Assembly (NCBI GenBank): GCA_966112955.1 | Contig: CBHWEO010000001.1 | Location: forward strand, 35,548 to 99,547 | Direction of reading: 5' to 3' | DNA: 64,000 nucleotides | DNA from: an uncultured Duganella sp. | GTDB taxonomy: Bacteria; Pseudomonadota; Gammaproteobacteria; Burkholderiales; Burkholderiaceae_D | Shown here: positions 21,849 through 29,318 of the stretch, piece by piece | Layout of the letters: each line of letters begins with the position of its first letter | Numbering within the stretch: the stretch's first letter is position 1 | Notes under the pieces: model-generated | Database searches by the model: none | What the model was told of the DNA's origin: nothing | The model's input: the letters and a program-made list of their open reading frames with translations, nothing else | Program-made: the position numbers and the translations under genes

Positions 21849-23021
21849 ATGGACTCCCTTGTCATCAGCGCTACCGCCACCCCACCGTGGAACAGCCGCG
21901 CCGTCGAAATGTGCGAGCATAAGGGCATCGGCCATCCGGACAGCATTTGCGACGGCATCGCCGAAGCCGCCTCGCAAGCGCTGTGCCGCGCCTATCTCGC
22001 ACAATACGGCGCCATCCAGCACCACAATGTCGACAAGGCGCTGCTGGTGGGCGGCGAGGCCACGCCCCGCTTTGGCGGCGGCGAACTGCTGGCGCCGGCG
22101 CGCCTGATCCTGTGCGGCCGTGCCAGCGCCCTGCCGCCACCACTGCACCTTGATGAGGTGCTGGAGCAGGCCGTGCGCGATTACCTGGCGCAGCACCTGC
22201 GGCACGCCCGGGAGCTGTTCCGTATCGAGATTGCGGTACGCGCGGGCAGCCCCAACCTGCGGCAAGTGTTCGCGCGCGGCGCCGCCATCGCCAACGACAC
22301 CTCCTTCGGTGTCGGCTATGCTCCGCTGTCGCCGCTGGAGCAGGCGGTCCTGGCGCTGGCCGACGCCATGCGCATGCCGGACTTCCAGCGCGCCTTTCCC
22401 GCCGCCGGCGACGACTTCAAGATCATGGGGCGCCGCGTCGGCAGCCAGCTTGCCATGACGGTGGCACTGGCCTTTATCGACCGCCAGGTTGCCAGCAGCG
22501 ACGCCTACCAGCAGCAGAAGGAGGCGGTACGCGCGCACCTGCAGGCGCAACTGGGCAGCGACTGCCCGCTCACGCTGAATGCCCTGGACCGTTCGCAAGT
22601 GGTGACGGAGGCGGACTGCTTCCTTACGGTCACCGGTCTCAGCGCGGAACAGGGTGACGATGGCGAGGTGGGGCGCGGCAACCGCGTCAACCGCCTGATC
22701 ACGCCCAACCGCACCATGTCGCTGGAGGCGGCGGCGGGCAAGAATCCGGTGGCGCACGCCGGCAAGCTGTACAACGTATTGGCCCGGCAGATGGCCGCCG
22801 CCCTGCAGGCACGGCTGGACGGCGCCGAAGTCACGGTGCAGCTGCTGTCGGAAATCGGCGCCCCGCTCGACCAGCCACGCCTGGTGCATGTCGACGTGCG
22901 GCAGGCTGCGCCGCTCAGCCCGGCGGAACACGCAATGGTGCGTGAAGTGGTCGCGGCGCAGCTGCGGGCGCTGCCAGCCCTGTCGCAAGACATCGTGGCA
23001 GGGAAGGTCCGCCTGTTCTAA
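21849..23021 (+). CDS. mat: Methionine adenosyltransferase, archaeal-type
   Basis: VEMCEHKGIGHPDSICD, ANDTSFGVGYAP, GEVGRGNR.N.LITP.R.MSLEA.AGKNPV.H.GKLYN. Start is 21849; the upstream part of ORF 20766 is shadow. Confidence 0.88.
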   Translation: MDSLVISATATPPWNSRAVEMCEHKGIGHPDSICDGIAEAASQALCRAYLAQYGAIQHHNVDKALLVGGEATPRFGGGELLAPARLILCGRASALPPPLHLDEVLEQAVRDYLAQHLRHARELFRIEIAVRAGSPNLRQVFARGAAIANDTSFGVGYAPLSPLEQAVLALADAMRMPDFQRAFPAAGDDFKIMGRRVGSQLAMTVALAFIDRQVASSDAYQQQKEAVRAHLQAQLGSDCPLTLNALDRSQVVTEADCFLTVTGLSAEQGDDGEVGRGNRVNRLITPNRTMSLEAAAGKNPVAHAGKLYNVLARQMAAALQARLDGAEVTVQLLSEIGAPLDQPRLVHVDVRQAAPLSPAEHAMVREVVAAQLRALPALSQDIVAGKVRLF

Positions 23022-23033
23022 GGCGCGCCCGCC

Positions 23034-23720
23034 TCAGAGCAGGGGCAAGCCGCCATCCGGCAATTTGCCGGCCACGCTGTCGCCATTGGCCAGCGGCGGC
23101 AGCGGCGTTGCCTTGCGCTGGCGCGGCGCAGGCTGCGGCCGCGCCGGGCGTTGCAGGCGCAGCAGGCGGCGCCGGATTTCGTCCGAATCCATCCACAGGT
23201 CGGAGCCCTTGAGGATGCTTTTGATTTCGCGCAGGCTGAGGAAAGGCACGCACAGGCGCTCCATGAACTTGCCGAACCAGTTGGCGACCGCCACTGCCTG
23301 CGCCTGCTGGTCGCTGCCCTTGCCGGTGAAATAGCCGGAATAGCTGTGGAACAGCAGCTGGCAGTTGTCATGCACCAGCAATTCGTCGCCAGCCAGGAAG
23401 ATGAAGGCGCCCATGGAATACGCGCGCGCCTCCAGCACCGTCACCACATGGGCTGCCGACGCGCGCATATTGTTGATCAACTGCAGTCCCGTGTCGAAAT
23501 CGCCACCCGCCGTGTTCAGGTGCAGGTAAATCAGGTCGGTATCGCTGGCGGAGCGCAGCGTGTAGAACAGGTCGTTGTACCAGGCCGACGCGTCAATCAG
23601 CCCGGACAGGTAGAACGAGACCTGCCGCAACGAGGTTTGCCGCTCGAAGCGTTGCAAGCCATTGAATACCAGCGGCGCTTCGCCGTCGCCTTCGTCCGGT
23701 GCAATTTGATCTTCAGCCAT
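23034..23720 (-). CDS. ClpP/crotonase-like serine protease
   Basis: IYLHLNTAGG, AYSMG (nucleophile Ser), LLFHSY (His) and DLWMD (Asp); RBS GGGAGG. Confidence 0.8.
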   Translation of the reverse strand: MAEDQIAPDEGDGEAPLVFNGLQRFERQTSLRQVSFYLSGLIDASAWYNDLFYTLRSASDTDLIYLHLNTAGGDFDTGLQLINNMRASAAHVVTVLEARAYSMGAFIFLAGDELLVHDNCQLLFHSYSGYFTGKGSDQQAQAVAVANWFGKFMERLCVPFLSLREIKSILKGSDLWMDSDEIRRRLLRLQRPARPQPAPRQRKATPLPPLANGDSVAGKLPDGGLPLL

Positions 23721-23763
23721 GATGGCCTCCCTTCCCCACATCGTTGCGCGGCGTTGCCGAACG

Positions 23764-23798
23764 GGCTGGCGGCGGCCGATGCCGGCCGGCCGCCAGCC
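23764..23798 (-). terminator. GC-rich hairpin downstream of hsp20 (possible terminator or RNA-stabilising stem)
   Basis: GGCTGGCGGC (23764-73) and GCCGCCAGCC (23789-98) form a 10-bp inverted repeat; no U-tract. Confidence 0.35.
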
Positions 23799-23801
23799 GG
23801 T

Positions 23802-24248
23802 TCAGTTGATGGCCACGTGCTTGGACGATTTGCCGGGTTTCTTCGGCAGCGTCAATACCAGCACGCCGTCGGTGTACTTGGCTTCCACCTTGGCGTCATC
23901 GATGTCGCTGGACAGCGTGAAGCTGCGGGTCTGCTGGCCAAAATAGCGTTCCGAGCGCAGCGATTTGCCTTCCTTCTGCTCGGTTTCCCGCTTGAGTTCA
24001 GCGGTGATGGTTACCACGTTGCCTTCGACGTCGACGTCGATGTCCTCTTTCTTCACACCGGGAATTTCCGCCTTCACGGTATAGGCCGTGTCGGCCTCGG
24101 AGACGTCCATCTTGATGCGCGGCTCGACATTCCAGTCGCGCAAGGCCGGGCGCAGGCTGAAGTCCCGCATCCATTCTTCCAGGCCGTGGAAAGGTTCAAA
24201 ACGGGCGAGGTCGCTGAACGGGTCGAAACGGGTCAGGTGATTAGCCAT
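23802..24248 (-). CDS. Hsp20/alpha-crystallin small heat-shock protein
   Basis: MDV.E....YTVKAEIPGVKKEDI.V, ERYFG...RSFTL and AKY.DGVL.LTLPK. Confidence 0.95.
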   Translation of the reverse strand: MANHLTRFDPFSDLARFEPFHGLEEWMRDFSLRPALRDWNVEPRIKMDVSEADTAYTVKAEIPGVKKEDIDVDVEGNVVTITAELKRETEQKEGKSLRSERYFGQQTRSFTLSSDIDDAKVEAKYTDGVLVLTLPKKPGKSSKHVAIN

Positions 24249-24331
24249 GATATTCCTCACTTTCCTGATGAGTTGGCGGCATCCGGCAGGATGCCTGCCA
24301 ATGATCATATGCAGCGGACGCAAGCAGCGAC

Positions 24332-24345
24332 ATGACCTGGGTCAA
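24332..24345. promoter_or_regulatory. FNR/Anr-type box (ATGACCTGGGTCAA)
   Basis: Consensus match, 90 bp upstream of the hsp20 ATG. Confidence 0.7.
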
Positions 24346-24357
24346 TTGCCGCCACGC

Positions 24358-25197
24358 TCACCAGCGGCCGGAGGCGCCGCCACCGCCGAAGCGCCCGCCG
24401 CCGCCCGCGCCATTGCCGTGCGTGCGCCCGCCCAACAGCATCCAGGGCGCGGCAACGCCCAGCAGCGCCAGTACGAAGGCAGCGGCGGCGACGGCCACGC
24501 TGACCAGAAACACACCGCTGAGCAGCCAGACGCTGAGGCCAGCCAGGCTGCCGGCAATGGCGGCACTGGCCAGGCGGCCGCACAGCGCGCGCAAGCCGCG
24601 CGCCAGCAGCAGCGCTACCACCAGGACCGCCAGCGGCGATGGCGCCAGCGCGCTGGCGGCGCGCGGCGCCACGGGCGGCGGCGGCGCCTCGCCTGCCACC
24701 AGCGCCACCATCTGCGCCGTGCCGGCATCCAGCCCGGCGAAGTAGTCGCCGCGGCGGAAGTGCGGCACCATCAGCTCGTCAATCAGGCGCCGGCTGGCGG
24801 CATCGGTCAACACCCCTTCCAGCCCGTAGCCGACCTCGATGCGCGCCGTCCGGGCGGCCGTCGCCACCAGCAGGACGGCGCCATCGTCCACCTTGGCCCG
24901 CCCCAGCTTCCATTGCTCGGCCACGCGCAAGGCGTACTGTTCGATCGGCTCGGCGCCGGTATCGGGCACCAGCAGCACGGCAAGCTGGCTGCCGCGCCGC
25001 GCCTCCAGGCCGGCCAGGCGCTGTTCCAGCACGGCCCGCTGGCCTGCGTTCAGCACCCCGCTCAGGTCCACCACGTGGCCGCTGCGCGGCGGCACCGGCA
25101 TGGCTGTGCCAGGCGCAGCTCCCACGCTTGGCAGCCACAGCAACAATGCCAGCGCCAACAGTAGCAGCAGGACTATATGCAGCGTCCTGGTTTTCAT
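24358..25197 (-). CDS. TPM-domain (YgcG-like) membrane protein
   Basis: VVDLSGVL, E.IEQYALRVAEQWKLGR...DDG..LLVA, RIEVGYGLEG.LTD; Gly-rich tail GRFGGGGASGRW. Confidence 0.9.
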   Translation of the reverse strand: MKTRTLHIVLLLLLALALLLWLPSVGAAPGTAMPVPPRSGHVVDLSGVLNAGQRAVLEQRLAGLEARRGSQLAVLLVPDTGAEPIEQYALRVAEQWKLGRAKVDDGAVLLVATAARTARIEVGYGLEGVLTDAASRRLIDELMVPHFRRGDYFAGLDAGTAQMVALVAGEAPPPPVAPRAASALAPSPLAVLVVALLLARGLRALCGRLASAAIAGSLAGLSVWLLSGVFLVSVAVAAAAFVLALLGVAAPWMLLGGRTHGNGAGGGGRFGGGGASGRW

Positions 25198-25285
25198 GAT
25201 GCCCTCCTCGCAGGCGGCGCGCCACAGCCATCCACGCCGCCAATTCCGCATGGATGGCGCGGGCCGCGCGTGTGATGGCCAGCAG

Positions 25286-26008
25286 CTAGGTCATATACTG
25301 GCCGCCATTGGCACTGAACGTGGCGCCAGTGATGTAGGCGGCATCGTCGCCCACCAGGAAGCGGACGATCCGTGCCACCTCGTCCGGCCTGCCAAGGCGC
25401 CCGACCGGAATCTGGCCGACGATACGCTGCAGGATGGCCTGGTCCATGGCACCCACCATCTCGGTCGCGATATAGCCCGGGGCGACGGCGTTGACGGTGA
25501 TACCCTTGGCCGCCGATTCCAGCGCCAGGGCCTTGGTGAACCCCAGCATTCCGGCTTTGGCGGCCGCGTAATTGGTCTGCCCCAGTTGGCCGCGCTGGCC
25601 ATTGACCGAGGAAATATTGACGATGCGGCCGAAGGCGCGCTCGCGCATGTCGCCGATAACGGCGCGGCACATGTTGAAGCAGGAGGTCAGGTCGGTCGCA
25701 ATCACGCTGTTCCATTGCTCAGGCGACATCTTGTGCAGCATGACGTCATGCGTGATGCCGGCATTGTTGACCAGGATCTCGACTGCGCCCAGCATGTCGC
25801 GCACCCGCGCGATGCCGGCCACACAGGCCGCATAATCCGACACATCCCATTGGCAGACCGGGATGCCTGTCTCGCGATGGAACGCCTCGGCCGCCGTGAA
25901 GTTGCCCTGGAACACCGCCGCCACGCGGTAACCTTCCGCTTTCAGGCGATCCGCAATCGCGGCTCCGATACCGCGCGTACCGCCTGTGACCACTGCCACC
26001 CGTCCCAT
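25286..26008 (-). CDS. phaB: Acetoacetyl-CoA reductase
   Basis: VAVVTGGTRGIG, LVNNAGIT, NISSVNGQRGQ.GQTNYAAAKAG and NGGQYM. Confidence 0.88.
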   Translation of the reverse strand: MGRVAVVTGGTRGIGAAIADRLKAEGYRVAAVFQGNFTAAEAFHRETGIPVCQWDVSDYAACVAGIARVRDMLGAVEILVNNAGITHDVMLHKMSPEQWNSVIATDLTSCFNMCRAVIGDMRERAFGRIVNISSVNGQRGQLGQTNYAAAKAGMLGFTKALALESAAKGITVNAVAPGYIATEMVGAMDQAILQRIVGQIPVGRLGRPDEVARIVRFLVGDDAAYITGATFSANGGQYMT

Positions 26009-26055
26009 ACCCGCCTCCCTGATTTCCGTCTGATGGATTTCCCCAGCCCGCCCGG

Positions 26056-26694
26056 CTAGGCGGCGGCGCCATTGCCGTGCATGTCCAGGGGCACCCCGAT
26101 GCTTTGCGCCAGCAGGATGTGCTGCGTGAAGCGCAGCCCCATTGCCGCCGCCAGGCGTTCACGGTCGATCAGGGCGCGCGGCACGCTGGCCAGGCCCTCG
26201 GCGGCGCACTGGAGCGCGACATTCTGGCTGATGCAGCCGGCGCCGATGGCCGCCAGCTGCAAGCGGTCGGCGGGATCCACCAGCTGCATGCGCGCCAGGT
26301 CGGCGACATAGACCAGGTTCACTGGCGCCTCGGCCACGAAGTCCTGCGTACCGGTCAGGTGGCGCAGGTCCTCGGCGCAGACGTTCAGCAGCAGGTTGAG
26401 GCCGGCGTCATAGCAATACAGGCCCTCCTTCATGGCAACGTAGACATCGGTCTCCTGGTTGTTGTAGGCACTGGGCGCGGTGCGGTGGTCCGGCCGGTTG
26501 TAGCCGGCGGCGGCCCACAGCAATCGCGACAGCTGGTACAGCGGCAGCGGGGCCGGTGCGAACGCGCGCTGCGAACAGCGCCGGCCCAGGATCTCGATCA
26601 TCGACATTCCCAGGTCACTCACGCCCGCGTCCTGTGTGAAACAGGACGGCTTGACTAGATCGATTGCGCTGTTGGCGCGGAACTGTTCACCCAC
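26056..26694 (-). CDS. Nitroreductase / SagB-ThcOx-like FMN oxidoreductase
   Basis: RRCSQRAF, LSRLLWAAAG.N, RTAPSA.N.Q and GCISQNV.L. The GTG start at 26694 follows GGAGG; an alternative start is 26724. Confidence 0.85.
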   Translation of the reverse strand: MGEQFRANSAIDLVKPSCFTQDAGVSDLGMSMIEILGRRCSQRAFAPAPLPLYQLSRLLWAAAGYNRPDHRTAPSAYNNQETDVYVAMKEGLYCYDAGLNLLLNVCAEDLRHLTGTQDFVAEAPVNLVYVADLARMQLVDPADRLQLAAIGAGCISQNVALQCAAEGLASVPRALIDRERLAAAMGLRFTQHILLAQSIGVPLDMHGNGAAA

Positions 26695-26798
26695 CTTTGC
26701 CTCCCTTGGTCGTGGCCCATGCATCCCTTCACGATAGATAATGGAGCGGCGGCTGTCACGGGGAATGGCGGCCGCGCGCGGGAAAATCTCGGCAAAAC

Positions 26799-26812
26799 CT
26801 AATCCAGATCAA
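26799..26812. promoter_or_regulatory. Degenerate FNR-type box overlapping the ADH stop codon (TTGATCTGGATTAG on -)
   Basis: Perfect left half and CTGG spacer, 2 mismatches in the right half; 81-111 bp upstream of the nitroreductase. Confidence 0.4.
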
Positions 26813-27821
26813 ATTTCCCGCCATCGCGGCACGTCCGAAGGCCCGGAACCAGCACCGCCGCCCCGTGCACACGGCCTTTGCGCAGGTCGGCGAGCGCCTC
26901 GTTCGCCTGCAGCAGCGGATAAGTCTGTATCGCAACCTGCAGCGCATGGCGCGCCGCGATCGCCAGGAACGCCGCCGCATCCGCACGCGTGAGGTTGGCC
27001 ACGGAGCGCAGGCTGCGCTCGCCCCACAGCAGCTTGTAGGGGAATGACGGAATATCGCTCATGTGGATGCCGCCGCAGATCACCTTGCCGCCTTTGCGGA
27101 CCGCCGCCAGCGCGCGCGGCACCAGGCCGCCGTCAGGAGCGAAGATCAGTGCGGCATCGAGCGCCGCCGGCGGGTCCTGGTCGGCGCCGCCGGCCCAGGC
27201 CGCGCCGAGCCGCAGGGCGAAGTCCTGCGCCGCCCGGTCGCCCGGGCGGGTGAAGGCGTACACCTCGCTTCCCTGGTGCCGCGCCACCTGCGCCACAAGG
27301 TGCGCCGCGGCCCCGAAACCATAGATGCCCAGCCGCCCTGCCGGCACTGCCATGGCATAGGCGCGATAGCCGATCAAACCGGCGCACATGAGCGGCGCCG
27401 CATGGGCTGCGTCATAGCAGTCAGGTATGGGGTAGGTGAATGCTGCCTCCGCCAGCATGAACTCGGCGTACCCGCCGTTGTGGTCGCAACCGTTGAAACG
27501 GATGGCATCGCACAGGTTCTCGTCGCCACGCGCGCAGGCGCCGCAGGCGCCGCAAGTCCACGCCAGCCAGCCTGCACCGACCCGGTCGCCCAACCGCGGA
27601 CTTGCCACGCCGGGCCCCAGCCGCACCACCCGTCCCACCACCTCATGCCCCGGCACTACCGGATAGCGGGCGGCGACTTCGCCGTCAACCAGATGCAGGT
27701 CCGTGCGGCACACCCCGCACGCTTCGACTTGCAACAGCAGCTGGCCCGCTCCCGGCTCCGGCACGGCCTTCCTTACCGGCCGCAGCGGACTGCCGGGAGC
27801 ATCGAGCTGCATGGCCCACAT
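26799..27821 (-). CDS. Zinc-dependent alcohol dehydrogenase
   Basis: CGVCRTDLH, PGHEVVG, CG.CG.C.RG.ENLC, PLMCAG.IGYRA and GIYGFGAAAH. The start could be up to 39 bp further upstream. Confidence 0.92.
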   Translation of the reverse strand: MWAMQLDAPGSPLRPVRKAVPEPGAGQLLLQVEACGVCRTDLHLVDGEVAARYPVVPGHEVVGRVVRLGPGVASPRLGDRVGAGWLAWTCGACGACARGDENLCDAIRFNGCDHNGGYAEFMLAEAAFTYPIPDCYDAAHAAPLMCAGLIGYRAYAMAVPAGRLGIYGFGAAAHLVAQVARHQGSEVYAFTRPGDRAAQDFALRLGAAWAGGADQDPPAALDAALIFAPDGGLVPRALAAVRKGGKVICGGIHMSDIPSFPYKLLWGERSLRSVANLTRADAAAFLAIAARHALQVAIQTYPLLQANEALADLRKGRVHGAAVLVPGLRTCRDGGKFDLD

Positions 27822-27908
27822 TGTCGGTTGCTCCCTGCTGGATCCCGCCATGGCGACCACCTCCCTGTTTGCGAGGTACTACCATAACCGGCGCCCGGCG
27901 CGGCAGCC

Positions 27909-27922
27909 ATGACCTGGATCAT
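27909..27922. promoter_or_regulatory. FNR/Anr-type box (ATGACCTGGATCAT)
   Basis: Symmetric WTGAY-N4-RTCAW upstream of the ADH gene. Confidence 0.65.
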
Positions 27923-27943
27923 CCCAGGCGTGCGCTTCCCACC

Positions 27944-29314
27944 TCAGGCAATGCGCAGCAGGCTTGAAGCGTGTGGTGCCAGGGTCTGGCGGATGGCGCC
28001 TTTCGCCGGCGCCAGGTCGGCGCGCCGCCACAGGTCGCGCACCGAGACGGTCTTTCCGCCCAGGTTCAGGCGCGACAGGTCGAACACGATTTCCGCCGCC
28101 GCGTCTTCCGTGTTGAACAGCGCCAGGTAGTATTCGCCTTTGGCGCCGCCGCGCGGCTGGGCGCTCCAGATGCGGGTGCCGGCGTCCGCGCGGTGGGGGC
28201 GGTTCTGATGGCTCTTCTGGTTGACCGCCACCACTTCGGGGTTGGTCAGCAAGGCCAGCGTCGGCGCATCCAGCTTGCGCAGGTCGCCGCCCATGATCAG
28301 CGGCGAACGCGCGATGCTCCACAGGGTCATCAGGGTCTGCTGCTCGTCCGGCGTGAACTTGGTATTGCGCTCGCCCAGTGCCAGGCGGCCCAGCGGCAGC
28401 ATGTCGGCGTCCGGCCAGGAGTCTTCGCCCAGGTAGGGGTTCCAGTTCTCCAGGCGCTGGAACTGCTCCTTCAGCAGCTTCCACTCGTCCCAGAAGTCGT
28501 CGGAAATGCGCCACATCTGGGCATAGTGCGGCACGTGGAACGCCCATTTCAAATCCATCTCGCCGGGCGACAGGCTGAGCGTGATGTCGCGGCCCGAGGC
28601 CACGATCGCCTTGTGCGCGGCTTCGACTTCAGGCCAGTTCTTGTCGTAAGGGAGCGACATGTCGTCCATCTTCACGAAGTCAATGCCCCAGGATGCAAAC
28701 AGCTTGAACACCGAGTTGTAGTATTCCTGCGCGCCCGGCTTGCTCATGTCGACGCCGTACATGTCGCCGTTCCACTCGCAGATCGACTTGGTATCGGCGA
28801 TATCCTGCGCCCGGTAGCTGGTGCCCAGGATCGGCGTATTCTTGCGCACCGCCTGGCGCGGGATGCCGCGCATCAGGTGCACGCCGAACTTCATGCCCAT
28901 GCGGTGCATCTGGTCGGCCAGGCCTTTGAAGCCCTTGCCGTTCGCCGATGAAGGGAAGCGGTTGGGCGCCGGCAGCAGGCGGCCGTACTCGTCCATCGTC
29001 AGCTCGGCATCCTTGCGGTACTCGTAGCTGTTGGCGTTCGGCTCATACCACTGGATGTCGACCGTGAAGATGTTGTAGCCCGAGGGCAGCAGCTTCTGCG
29101 CCATGATGCGCGCATTCTCCAGCGCCTGCGCCTCGGTGATGGTGGTGGCGAAGGAATTCCAGCTGTTCCAGCCCATGGGCGGCGTCGGCGTCAGCGGCTT
29201 GCGGCTGGCAGGTTTCGCGTCCGCGGCGATGGCGGCGCCCGGCAGGCCGGCTACGGCTGCAGCCGCGGTGGCCATGGAGGCGGTAAGGAGTTTTCGGCGG
29301 GATAAGGTATTCAT
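27944..29314 (-). CDS. GH27 alpha-galactosidase / beta-L-arabinopyranosidase, Tat-exported
   Basis: SRRKLL Tat motif, TPPMGWNSWN, VDIQW, DFVKMDD and WRISDDFWD. Confidence 0.9.
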   Translation of the reverse strand: MNTLSRRKLLTASMATAAAAVAGLPGAAIAADAKPASRKPLTPTPPMGWNSWNSFATTITEAQALENARIMAQKLLPSGYNIFTVDIQWYEPNANSYEYRKDAELTMDEYGRLLPAPNRFPSSANGKGFKGLADQMHRMGMKFGVHLMRGIPRQAVRKNTPILGTSYRAQDIADTKSICEWNGDMYGVDMSKPGAQEYYNSVFKLFASWGIDFVKMDDMSLPYDKNWPEVEAAHKAIVASGRDITLSLSPGEMDLKWAFHVPHYAQMWRISDDFWDEWKLLKEQFQRLENWNPYLGEDSWPDADMLPLGRLALGERNTKFTPDEQQTLMTLWSIARSPLIMGGDLRKLDAPTLALLTNPEVVAVNQKSHQNRPHRADAGTRIWSAQPRGGAKGEYYLALFNTEDAAAEIVFDLSRLNLGGKTVSVRDLWRRADLAPAKGAIRQTLAPHASSLLRIA

Positions 29315-29318
29315 GTGT

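Noticed and set aside
26651-26664. TTGACTAGATCGAT as another FNR box
   Set aside because: The right half does not match at N4 spacing and it lies inside the coding region.
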